From a bacterium (GTDB lineage: Bacteria; Patescibacteriota; Minisyncoccia; Phycocordibacterales; Phycocordibacteraceae), in contig JBBCGK010000001.1 of assembly GCA_037200965.1 (NCBI GenBank), forward strand, positions 896,260 to 960,259: a stretch of DNA of 64,000 bases. The letters are read 5' to 3'. Shown here piece after piece: positions 41,672-50,327 of the stretch; positions within the stretch are counted from its first letter, which is position 1, and every line of letters begins with the position of its first letter. The position numbers and the translations under genes were made by a program. The notes under the pieces are model-generated. The model did no database searches. It worked only from the letters and a program-made list of their open reading frames with translations, and had not been told where the DNA came from.

Positions 41672-44479
41672 ATGCGGCCGGATGCATCATTTGAAAAGTC
41701 ATATAAGCAACTCAATGCGGAGCAGAAACTCGCGGTCGACACCGTCGAGGGGCCGGTGATGGTGATCGCGGGACCCGGGACCGGGAAGACCCATATCCTC
41801 ACGCTCCGCATCGCGAACATCCTCAAGGAAACCCAGGCGAACCCCGGAAACATTCTCGCCCTCACGTTCACCGATTCCGCGGCGCGCACGATGAAGAGGC
41901 GTCTCGCGGAAATTATCGGAGAAGAATCTGCGCGCGGCGTCGCCATCGATACGTTCCACGGATTTGCGGGCAGGGTGCTGGAGCGCTTTCCGGACCATTT
42001 CGGCGGCTACGGAACAAGACGGCTCATGGGAGACGTCGAACAAGTCCTTCTCATGCGCGAGGCGATAGAGACGGCGGACATAGAGGAGATCCGGCCTCCG
42101 AAAGCGCCCTATACCTATCTCGACGAACTCCGAACTCTCTATGACACGCTTACCCGCGAAGCGGTCCCGCTCGACACGTACCTTGCCTGGGGAACGGAGG
42201 AGCGGGCGCGCATACAAAGCGACCCCTCGCTCGCGTACAAGCGCGGCACGAATACGGGCGAACTCACAAAAGCGGGCCAGGAGCGCCTTGCGCGGATCGG
42301 CAAGGTCGACGAGGCGGTGCGCGCGCTTATACGGTATGAGGAGCTAAAAACGGAAAAGGGAAAGTACGACTTTTCGGATGTTTTGAGGGTGGTCATAGGG
42401 CGCATCGGGGAAGACGCGACGCTTCGCGCGGAACTCCAGGAACAATATCAGTATGTCCTTGCGGATGAGCACCAGGATGCCAATGCGCTCCAGCACAAGC
42501 TGCTTTCGCTGTTCGCGATTGACGATTTCCCGAACATCTTCATCGTCGGGGACGAGAAGCAGGCTATCTATCGCTTCCAGGGGGCGGAAGCGGGAGGCTT
42601 CGGCGATTTCCTCGCGCAATTCCCGCGAACCAAAGTCATTACCCTTGTCTCATCCTTCCGCTCATACCAGGACGTGCTCGACCGGGCGCATGCGGTCATA
42701 GAGCCGACAGGCCCTCATACGCGTCTCATCGCCACCCGCGGCGAGGCAGGCGAGCGCGTATCGCTCATCGTCGGCGCGGATCCTCTTGAGGAGCGTTCCA
42801 AAGTCTGCCGAAAGATAGCGGAACTCATAGAAAGCGGCGTCCCGCCGCACCATATAGCGGTCATAAGCCGGAAAAACGAGATCGCTAATCTTGTCGCGGC
42901 GGAGCTTGCCGGTATCGGCGTCCCGGTCCTTCGGGCGGGAGATATATCGCTTTCCTCGCGCCCGCTCATCCGTGCCTTTCTCGCGCTCATGACATACGCT
43001 GCCGATCCGCTCCGCACTGACGCGCTTCGCGAGGCGCTTCTTGCGCCATGGTGGGAGCCCCCCTTCATCGAGCGCCTGCAGCTTCTGCGCACGACTTCCG
43101 ATTCGGAACTTCCCCGCACTCTCGCGAAGCGGTATCCGGAGGTTGGCGCGATATTTGAAGAGGGGATCCGCCGGGGCGCGTCCCATACGCCGCTCGAATG
43201 CTTTTCGGCGCTCATGACTCTTTCCGGTGCCCGCGACTACTTCCTCGCGCATGCTGACGCGCTCGAGGACCTGCCGCTCATGCGCCATCTTTCAATGCAT
43301 CTTGAAGAGGCGGCGAGCCTCGAGCCGGAGGCGAGCTTCGCCGAGGTAATGGCACGGCTTATACGAGCCAGGGAGCATGATCTGAGTCCGCTTAAGGCCG
43401 CGGAGACCGAGCGGGAAGGTTCGGTCACGGTCATCACGGCTCATAAGGCCAAGGGCATGGAATTCGCGCAGGTGTTCATTCCCGACGCGACCGAGCAGGG
43501 ATGGGAGCGCGGCGGGAAAAGCGCCATGATCCCGAGTCCGTTCGAGAATAAGCAGGACGAGGGCGATTCGCGAAGGCTCCTCTATGTCGCGCTCACGAGA
43601 GCGAAAGACCGTGCGTATCTTTCCTATGCGAGAGAAACCAAAGACGGCAAAGAGCGTTCCCTCTCCGCGCTTCTGCCGCCCGGCCTCTCGGAAGAGAAAG
43701 TCGAAGCTTCGCCGCTCCCGACGCTTCATAGGACAATTGCCGTATCGGACCTCGTGCGGCAGCTCGCGCGCGATTATCTCGTGAATGATGGCCTTGCGCC
43801 GACGGCGCTCAACCAGTATCTGCATTCACCCGCGGAATTCTTCGCTTCCCGTGTTCTTCGCATCAAGGAGCCGCCAAACGGCCCGACGATCCTTGGGAGC
43901 GCGGTGCATACGGCCGTTGCCGCTTTCCTTGAAGGGAAAGGTGAAGCGGCTGCGTATGCCGCGCTCGCACGCGCATTCGCGACTTCGCTCCTGCCGCGCG
44001 ATGCGGTCTTCAGCGTGCTTGAGCGCGAGGCCCGCGAGATATTCGCCGCATACCTTTTGAGGCCGCTTCCTACTGGCACTCCACGACTCATCGAGGAGTC
44101 GTTCGACACGATTCGCGAAGTCGCGGGCGTCTTGGTCCGCATGAAGGGAAATATCGACGCGGTATTCGATACGCCGGAAGGGGCGTGCATCGTCGACTTC
44201 AAGACCGGAAGCAGCGTCTCCGCGAAGAACCAGGAATATGTGCGTCAGCTTATGTATTATGTGCATCTCCTTGAAAAAAACGGCGAAGTTCCTACGCGCG
44301 CTTCCCTTGTGGCGCTTACGGCAAGCGCCGTCAAGGAACTTCCCGTTCCGGTCACGGAAGAATCAAAGCGCGAGATGCTTGCCGAGTTTGATGCTGTAGC
44401 TACCGAGCTTCTGTCCGGGAAATGGCGAGCGGGGGAGCCGTCGCAGTACGATGCGCTCCTTCGGCTTTTTAATGCCTGA
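41672..44479 (+). CDS. UvrD/PcrA-family helicase fused to a C-terminal PD-(D/E)xK (RecB-like) nuclease domain (AddA-like)
   Basis: Walker A VIAGPGTGKTHIL, helicase motifs (DEHQDAN, VGDEKQAIYRFQGA, VITAHKAKGMEF). C-terminal nuclease motifs GNIDAVFD...IVDFKTGS...QLMYY. Confidence 0.85.
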   Translation: MRPDASFEKSYKQLNAEQKLAVDTVEGPVMVIAGPGTGKTHILTLRIANILKETQANPGNILALTFTDSAARTMKRRLAEIIGEESARGVAIDTFHGFAGRVLERFPDHFGGYGTRRLMGDVEQVLLMREAIETADIEEIRPPKAPYTYLDELRTLYDTLTREAVPLDTYLAWGTEERARIQSDPSLAYKRGTNTGELTKAGQERLARIGKVDEAVRALIRYEELKTEKGKYDFSDVLRVVIGRIGEDATLRAELQEQYQYVLADEHQDANALQHKLLSLFAIDDFPNIFIVGDEKQAIYRFQGAEAGGFGDFLAQFPRTKVITLVSSFRSYQDVLDRAHAVIEPTGPHTRLIATRGEAGERVSLIVGADPLEERSKVCRKIAELIESGVPPHHIAVISRKNEIANLVAAELAGIGVPVLRAGDISLSSRPLIRAFLALMTYAADPLRTDALREALLAPWWEPPFIERLQLLRTTSDSELPRTLAKRYPEVGAIFEEGIRRGASHTPLECFSALMTLSGARDYFLAHADALEDLPLMRHLSMHLEEAASLEPEASFAEVMARLIRAREHDLSPLKAAETEREGSVTVITAHKAKGMEFAQVFIPDATEQGWERGGKSAMIPSPFENKQDEGDSRRLLYVALTRAKDRAYLSYARETKDGKERSLSALLPPGLSEEKVEASPLPTLHRTIAVSDLVRQLARDYLVNDGLAPTALNQYLHSPAEFFASRVLRIKEPPNGPTILGSAVHTAVAAFLEGKGEAAAYAALARAFATSLLPRDAVFSVLEREAREIFAAYLLRPLPTGTPRLIEESFDTIREVAGVLVRMKGNIDAVFDTPEGACIVDFKTGSSVSAKNQEYVRQLMYYVHLLEKNGEVPTRASLVALTASAVKELPVPVTEESKREMLAEFDAVATELLSGKWRAGEPSQYDALLRLFNA

Positions 44480-44623
44480 TGGCCGGGATCGTGTCTACGT
44501 GCCTGTAAAACGGCTTATACTAGGGAGGATTTTAGTGCGATTCCTTGACAGATCTGTAGAGTCATGTATACTACGCTCAGTACCGAGGGCATGAGCCTGG
44601 TCCAATTGAAGGAGGTCATTCAT

Positions 44624-45055
44624 ATGCGTATAACTATGATTCTGGCCGTTATCGGCCTGGCATTCACTCTCACGGCGTGCGATGACGCCGTCGGTGAGAG
44701 CGCCTGCCAGAAGCGCTACACGTCCGCGGAGTGCGTCATGCACACCGACGCGGTTGCGATCTCGAAGGCGCTCGGTGCAGGCGTCTGGACCCGCGTGAAT
44801 GACGTCTATATCGCGAACGCCTCCGAGCGCTACCGCGTTCTCGCGGCCCGCGCGGACGGCAAGATCACGGTCACGGTCCAGGTCAGGGACGACCTGCCGC
44901 TCTGGCGCGCCTACGACCTCGATGCCCGCGGCAATCTGATCGCGGTGCGCGGCCAGATCGCGCACTATCCCGAAGGCGCCGATCCGAAGGACTGGGCCGA
45001 GGTCCATCGCGCCGCCACCGAGTTCTTCTTAAACCATAAAGCCCAGGAGGGCTAG
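44624..45055 (+). CDS. Putative lipoprotein (143 aa)
   Basis: GAAGGAGG SD. Signal peptide with lipobox LTAC (MRITMILAVIGLAFTLTAC). Confidence 0.6.
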   Translation: MRITMILAVIGLAFTLTACDDAVGESACQKRYTSAECVMHTDAVAISKALGAGVWTRVNDVYIANASERYRVLAARADGKITVTVQVRDDLPLWRAYDLDARGNLIAVRGQIAHYPEGADPKDWAEVHRAATEFFLNHKAQEG

Positions 45056-45100
45056 CGCATCCCGAGAACCCATCCTCGCACGGAAACGTGCGGGGATGTT

Positions 45101-45775
45101 CTATTTCACCGCCGCAAGCGCGGCTTCGACCTTCTGCTTCATCGTATCGTACGGGAATGCGCCGTTTATGAGAACGGGTTCCGATCCCCGGACGAGGATG
45201 ACGCTATAGGGCGTACCGTTCGCGCCTGCCGCCTTTGCATTATCGGAGTCGGCCGCGACGCGGTCCTTGGCGGTGCCAGCCGAAAGGCAGGCGGTGACGG
45301 CGTCTCCGGAGACCCCTGCTTGCGTTGCAAGGCTCGGATACGTCGACGGGTCGGCGGGCTGGTTCGCGAACAGGAGATCGCTGAATTTCCAGTATGCTTC
45401 GTTCCCGCCGAGATTCGCGACGCATTCGGAAGCTTCCGCGGCACTTTGTGCGTTCGGATGCAGCTCGGTCAGGGGGAAATTGCGGAATATCCAGGCAACC
45501 TGCCCGTTTGCTCCATACTCGTTCACGATCCGGTGGAGGGTGTCGTTGAAAGATTTGCAGAACGGACAGTCGAAGTCGGAATATTCGACAATGATGACCG
45601 GCGCGGCGGGATTCCCGAGGATATGGTCGTCCGAGCCTGGCGGCCGCACCAAGGAAAGGTCACTTGTCGCTCCCGCAGTATCGGTGACGTTTTTCGAACT
45701 TACGTAATACACGGCGCTTGCGACAATGAGGCCGGAAACGATGAGTACGGCCGGGATGAGGATGTTTTGGGACAT
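45101..45775 (-). CDS. DsbA-like thiol:disulfide oxidoreductase (thioredoxin fold)
   Basis: N-terminal TM anchor and CPFC active site (EYSDFDCPFCKSF). Confidence 0.75.
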   Translation of the reverse strand: MSQNILIPAVLIVSGLIVASAVYYVSSKNVTDTAGATSDLSLVRPPGSDDHILGNPAAPVIIVEYSDFDCPFCKSFNDTLHRIVNEYGANGQVAWIFRNFPLTELHPNAQSAAEASECVANLGGNEAYWKFSDLLFANQPADPSTYPSLATQAGVSGDAVTACLSAGTAKDRVAADSDNAKAAGANGTPYSVILVRGSEPVLINGAFPYDTMKQKVEAALAAVK

Positions 45776-45852
45776 GGAAGAAGTATAAAGGGGAGAGAGG
45801 GAAGCGCAAGGCATTTTATCCCGTCCTTATTTTCCTTCGGTACAGTATCAGC

Positions 45853-46239
45853 ATGAAGAAGGATTTTGACGGATGGAACGACCAGAAGAAGTCGATTGAC
45901 GAGCGTGCCCACGCGCCGCTCTATCATGAAGGTGAAGTTCGGTGGTGCCGCCTAGGCACGAACATCGGATTCGAGCAGGATGGTACCGGAAACGGCCGAG
46001 CGCGTCCGGTGCTTATCCTCAAAGGATTCAGCAGGCAAGTGTGCCTAGTCGTTCCGCTTACCAGTTCGCAAAAGAAGAATCCATACCATGTTTCTGCTGG
46101 AAGGATAGGAGGGCGTGATGCCTTCGCGATTATTTCCCAAGTGCGGCTTATCGATACGAAACGATTGGATCAGCCTCTCGTCTATCTCGAGCACGCAGTA
46201 TTTGAACGTATCAGAAAAGCCGTCAGAAACTTGTTCTGA
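45853..46239 (+). CDS. PemK/MazF-family endoribonuclease toxin, apparently solitary
   Basis: EGEVRWCRLGTNIGFEQDG...RPVLILKGF..VCLVVPLTSS...ISQVRLIDTKRL fits the PemK/MazF pattern. No small antitoxin ORF lies adjacent (78-nt and 83-nt flanks). Confidence 0.65.
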   Translation: MKKDFDGWNDQKKSIDERAHAPLYHEGEVRWCRLGTNIGFEQDGTGNGRARPVLILKGFSRQVCLVVPLTSSQKKNPYHVSAGRIGGRDAFAIISQVRLIDTKRLDQPLVYLEHAVFERIRKAVRNLF

Positions 46240-46322
46240 CGGCTTTCCCCGTTCTCCCCTTGCGGGGCAGGCCTAAGGCATTTGTCCAGAAAGTGTATTC
46301 CTTTCTGCCGCACTGTCAATAC

Positions 46323-46901
46323 TTAAAAAGGCAGCGTGTGGGTAAGGGAAGGGGCTTCGGGAAGTTCTCCCCATTTCGACGTGTCGAGCTTGATATCGCG
46401 GATTTCGCGCAAATCCTTATACTTCAGCGTCTTGTTTTTGAGGGCATAGTCGTAGAGCTCGCGGGTAAGCCGCACGTCCTCGATGCAGTAGGCGCGAACC
46501 TTGTCATAGAGTCCCTCCCGCCACCACTCCATCGCCTTGAGTCCCTCTCCGGTTTTCCCGCGCCCAAGCGTCGCCTGCGCGAGATTGTCGAGGCGGATAC
46601 GCCGCCCGAGCGCTCCGTACACCTCGGAAAGAAGATCGAGGCTCTTGATCTTCCCGAGGTCGCCCGGATAGTAGCGGTTGAGGAGCGGTATGTCGAACGA
46701 ATCGGAGTTGAATCCGACGAGCATGTCCGTTCGCTCAAGGACGGACCACAGCGCCGGAAGTTCTTCCACGGTATATGACGTATACGCACCGGTGTCCGAA
46801 TCGTGGATGCCGACGACGGTCAGCTGCTGCTCGGTCACATCAACCCGGCCGAGAACGGCCGAGTCCGAAATGCTTTCGATGTCGAACGTGACGACGCGCA
46901 T
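46323..46901 (-). CDS. DEDD-family 3'-5' exonuclease (RNase H-like fold)
   Basis: Exo motifs VTFDIES (Exo I), GFNSDSFDIPLL (Exo II), YCIEDVRLTRELY (Exo III). Start is 1 nt after the hisS stop (operon). Confidence 0.65.
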   Translation of the reverse strand: MRVVTFDIESISDSAVLGRVDVTEQQLTVVGIHDSDTGAYTSYTVEELPALWSVLERTDMLVGFNSDSFDIPLLNRYYPGDLGKIKSLDLLSEVYGALGRRIRLDNLAQATLGRGKTGEGLKAMEWWREGLYDKVRAYCIEDVRLTRELYDYALKNKTLKYKDLREIRDIKLDTSKWGELPEAPSLTHTLPF

Positions 46902-46902
46902 G

Positions 46903-48171
46903 CTAGCGGTTTTTCGCTATCCAGAGGGCGACCGCCGCCGCGTCGACAAGCGTCGTGGTCTCGAATTGCGGCAGGTCCTTAAGCGCGGGCGCTTTGCCGC
47001 CCGCCTCGTCTTTGCCGTACGCGAGGAAGTAGCGGATGCCGCGCTTTTCGGCCTCCTTCGCCTGGTCGCCAAGCGCCTTGTCCCGAAGATTCGTGAACGC
47101 ACGGACTCCTTTCATGCGCAATTCGTCGGCGAACGTCTCCGCGGCGCGCACGCCGTCTTTTTCCGTCCCGATATAGATCTCGGGAGACGAGGAGCGCCTC
47201 GGCAGGTATCCGTGCGTCTCAAGAAAGTCCGCAAAGCTCACGTCGCCGACCGCAAAGCCGACTGCGGGAAGCGGGTCGCCGCCAAATAGCGCTACCAGTT
47301 CGTCGTAGCGTCCGCCGCCAAATAGCGCGCGGGGGTTCGCAGGATCGGTATCGAAGACTTCGAATACGAGATCGGTGTAGTAATCGAAGCCGCGGACAAG
47401 CGCGGGATCGAACAGAGCGTTCCCGATACCCTCCTCGTGGAGCGCTTCGACGAACGCCAGAATGCGGTCTTTCTCCCGCCGTACCCCCTCGTTCGTCGCG
47501 GACTCGATCTCGTCGAGCGGATCTTTCTGTGAAAGCGCCCGCGCGGCAGCTTCCCACTCGGCAGGCGGCATCTTTTCCTTCTTGTCCAAAAGGCGCGTGT
47601 ACGCGCGCATCGCTTCGGGATCAAGTCCTGCGGCCAGGGCCGCGCAGGACAGGAGCTTCCTCGAATTGATGCGGATTACGTACTCTTCGCGTTTCGCGCC
47701 GAACGCTTTCATGATCCGGCTCGCGACGGTAACGATTTCCCGGTCCGCTTCTCCCGCGGGGAGTCCCACCAGATCGACGTCGATCTGATAGAACTCGCGA
47801 AGACGGCCTTTCTGCGGCCGTTCATATCGGAAGCGGCTGCCGATCGAAAACCACCGAAGCGGGAACGCGAGCTCCCGGCGCTTCCCGGCGATCATGCGCG
47901 CGAGCGTCGGCGTCATCTCGGGGCGCAGCGTGACGCTTCTGCCCCCGCGGTCAGTGAATGTGTAGGTTTGCTCGTTGATAATCTCCTCGTTGCCCTTGCT
48001 GAGGTACAGCTCCGAGCGCTCCATCGGAGAGGCGTTGTATTCTTCGTATCCCCAGAGCTCAAGCACGTTCCGCGCCGTACTGAAAATGCCCGTGAGCTGC
48101 GCCCAGTCTTCGGGATAGAAATCGCGCACTCCTTTGTAAGGCTCGGTATCGAGCTTTCCGCGCTCCGTCAT
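46903..48171 (-). CDS. hisS: Histidine--tRNA ligase
   Basis: Class II motifs, HisRS-specific regions and a C-terminal anticodon-binding domain (VGFAVGDVSFADFLETHG). Confidence 0.9.
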   Translation of the reverse strand: MTERGKLDTEPYKGVRDFYPEDWAQLTGIFSTARNVLELWGYEEYNASPMERSELYLSKGNEEIINEQTYTFTDRGGRSVTLRPEMTPTLARMIAGKRRELAFPLRWFSIGSRFRYERPQKGRLREFYQIDVDLVGLPAGEADREIVTVASRIMKAFGAKREEYVIRINSRKLLSCAALAAGLDPEAMRAYTRLLDKKEKMPPAEWEAAARALSQKDPLDEIESATNEGVRREKDRILAFVEALHEEGIGNALFDPALVRGFDYYTDLVFEVFDTDPANPRALFGGGRYDELVALFGGDPLPAVGFAVGDVSFADFLETHGYLPRRSSSPEIYIGTEKDGVRAAETFADELRMKGVRAFTNLRDKALGDQAKEAEKRGIRYFLAYGKDEAGGKAPALKDLPQFETTTLVDAAAVALWIAKNR

Positions 48172-48207
48172 GCGCTGTAGTGTAGCAGATGCAGGGATGC
48201 CAGGGAA

Positions 48208-48771
48208 CTAGGATTCTAGTTTCTGCCCTTCCCGCAAATGCAAATCGGCTATTTCGTGCATGATGAGATCCCGAAGTCCTTGCGGGTCCCGTATGCCGTG
48301 CATCAGAAACAGCTCGTCATGCCCCGCGGTCTCGACATGAATGGTGCCGAATCCGAAGAGGGTCGGGAGGATACCGTTCACGTTGGTCGTGACGTCCTGT
48401 ATGTGCGCGAGCAGGAAGCTCGACACTTCGCGCCGGAAGAAGCCGAACTGATGGATGTCGACGACGCGCTCTGTCGTGATTACCCACACGTCGAGGAAAT
48501 AGCGGGTGAAGACATTAAATGCGCCGATCCAGAGGAAAAACCACCACACGCCAAGGCCGAACCTCGCCCACGGCCCTTCAAAGCCCGCTGTCTGCGTGAG
48601 AAAGTGAGCTCCGGCAGGCTGTACCGACGCGATAAGGTTGATGGCCTCCGGGATAAGGAGCGGCGCGAGCGCGAGGAGCGCGTAGGGGATAAGCTCGATC
48701 GCGAATACGATCCAGTGCTTTCGTACCGAAAGAGTGATTCGTTCGCCCGGTTCGAGTTCGAATTCTTCCAT
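48208..48771 (-). CDS. Membrane protein with bacterial PH (bPH_2/YdbT-like) domain
   Basis: Two TM helices flank a PH-like segment (GERITLSVRKHWIVF... ; TTERVVDIHQFGFFRREVSSF). Confidence 0.5.
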   Translation of the reverse strand: MEEFELEPGERITLSVRKHWIVFAIELIPYALLALAPLLIPEAINLIASVQPAGAHFLTQTAGFEGPWARFGLGVWWFFLWIGAFNVFTRYFLDVWVITTERVVDIHQFGFFRREVSSFLLAHIQDVTTNVNGILPTLFGFGTIHVETAGHDELFLMHGIRDPQGLRDLIMHEIADLHLREGQKLES

Positions 48772-48774
48772 ATT

Positions 48775-49020
48775 TTAATGAAAGCCGCTGAGGGCGTATG
48801 CCGCTATCGACGCGGAGACGAATACGTGCGCCGCAAGGGCCGGAATGGCGACGGCTGAACTGTGGCCGTACCGGAGCCAGTGATATGCCGCCACGAGCGT
48901 ATAGACGGCCCAGAGTCCGAAGAGAACGGCGACGATGACCGGCAGAAAATGTTCCAGGTCGACAGTGCCAAGATAGGAGGCGAGCGGGAACTGGACCGGG
49001 GGAAGCGTCTCTCCTTGCAT
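48775..49020 (-). CDS. Hypothetical small membrane protein (81 aa)
   Basis: Two hydrophobic helices. Packed tightly between flanking genes. Confidence 0.4.
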   Translation of the reverse strand: MQGETLPPVQFPLASYLGTVDLEHFLPVIVAVLFGLWAVYTLVAAYHWLRYGHSSAVAIPALAAHVFVSASIAAYALSGFH

Positions 49021-49022
49021 CG

Positions 49023-49781
49023 CTAATAGTATGCCATGACAAGCCGGGGGCGGCCATAGTGGTCGTTGCGCAACCCGGCGCGCATAGCGCCGTTCTTCGT
49101 GAAAAGAGCGAGCGCTTCCGGGCCGCGCCCGCTATCGACTTCGCACCAAAGCTCGCCGCCAGGATTCATATGCGCCGGCGCGGTTTTAGCGATTTCGCGG
49201 ATAAGAGACAGTCCGTCGCTTCCGGCAAACAGCGCCAGCCGCGGTTCCCACGCGGCTACGTCCGCGTCGAGCGCCCGGCCTTCGGGAATATAGGGCGGAT
49301 TGGCTGCGATCACGTCAAAGGTCTCATCGCCAAACGGTTTGAAGAGATCCCCCGTCCTCACCCGGCAGCGCCGCTCGTCAAGCCCGTTCGAGCGCATGTT
49401 GTTCCCGATCTGCGCGGCGTGTTCCGGAACAAGTTCCCCGAAGGATACTTCCGCATCCGGTATGTGCTTAAGCACGGCAAGACCGATCGCGCCCGATCCC
49501 GCACACATATCGAGAAAGCGAAAGTTCCGCGTTCCGAATCGCGACCTCAGATGCGCGATCATGTTTTCCGTCCACCATTCCGTTTCGGGGCGGGGGATAA
49601 GCGGCCGGGAGCCGAGTCCTATCCTAAGTCCGAGAAAGGGTATCCAGCCGATCACGTATGCGAGCGGTTCGCCGCTTGCAAGGCGCGCCCGGTCGCGTTC
49701 GAACTCTTCGCATGCTCTGCCGGCGTATTTTTCATCGAGAAGCTGCCGCTCTTCTTTGGTAAGCACGGTCATCGGCCGCAT
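49023..49781 (-). CDS. prmC: Release factor glutamine methyltransferase (PrmC/HemK); start uncertain (49772-49865)
   Basis: SAM-binding DMCAGSGAIG and catalytic NPPY (IAANPPYIP). Confidence 0.75.
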   Translation of the reverse strand: MRPMTVLTKEERQLLDEKYAGRACEEFERDRARLASGEPLAYVIGWIPFLGLRIGLGSRPLIPRPETEWWTENMIAHLRSRFGTRNFRFLDMCAGSGAIGLAVLKHIPDAEVSFGELVPEHAAQIGNNMRSNGLDERRCRVRTGDLFKPFGDETFDVIAANPPYIPEGRALDADVAAWEPRLALFAGSDGLSLIREIAKTAPAHMNPGGELWCEVDSGRGPEALALFTKNGAMRAGLRNDHYGRPRLVMAYY

Positions 49782-49796
49782 GCTACCATTAAAACC

Positions 49797-50231
49797 ATGC
49801 GCATACATTTCTGGAATACGGTTTTCGGGCTTCTTTTTATCCTCCTCGTTATTTCCGGAACCCACTGGCTTGCCGCGCAGGGGAAGCTTCCATCTTCCGT
49901 TTCCCTCGGCGCATTCATGCTCATGGCTCTCGCTATTTTCCGGCTCGTGCGCCTCTTTACGTACGACAACATCACCGCCTTCGTGCGCGGCTGGTTCGAG
50001 GGCTGTCGTCCGGGCTCGTGCGCCGGTACGCTCGGCACTCTTATCAACTGCCCGTGGTGCACGGGGCTCTGGTTCGCCTTCTTCGTACCCTTCTTTTACT
50101 ACGCGACCCCGTATGCCTGGTTCCCCATCCTCATTCTCGCCCTGGCCGCGGTCGGTTCCTTTTTCCAGATCGTCTCGAATCTTGCGGGCTGGTATGCCGA
50201 AGGAAAGAAGCTGGAAGTACGGGGCCGTTAG
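49797..50231 (+). CDS. DUF1360-like membrane protein (CxxC...CPWC motif)
   Basis: MRIHFWNTVFGLLFILLVISG... TM helices. Motif GCRPGSCAGTLGTLINCPWCTGLWFAFF. The 5' part of track ORF 49059..50231 is antisense to prmC and is rejected. Confidence 0.5.
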   Translation: MRIHFWNTVFGLLFILLVISGTHWLAAQGKLPSSVSLGAFMLMALAIFRLVRLFTYDNITAFVRGWFEGCRPGSCAGTLGTLINCPWCTGLWFAFFVPFFYYATPYAWFPILILALAAVGSFFQIVSNLAGWYAEGKKLEVRGR

Positions 50232-50240
50232 CTATCCACA
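50232..50240 (+). promoter_or_regulatory. DnaA box (CTATCCACA, 8/9 to TTATCCACA) upstream of dnaA
   Basis: Seen directly. Single box in the 96-bp dnaA upstream region. Confidence 0.4.
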
Positions 50241-50327
50241 TTGCGTTTATGTACCCGAAGCATATACTCGCCCATTAGATAGAGGGGCTAATCAAGGTCT
50301 TTCTATAGAACCCGAAGGGGGTCAACA

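Noticed and set aside
49059-49796. 5' two-thirds of track ORF 49059..50231 (+)
   Set aside because: It is antisense to prmC and has no recognisable features. Only the 3' part from ATG 49797 (DUF1360-like membrane protein) looks genuine.
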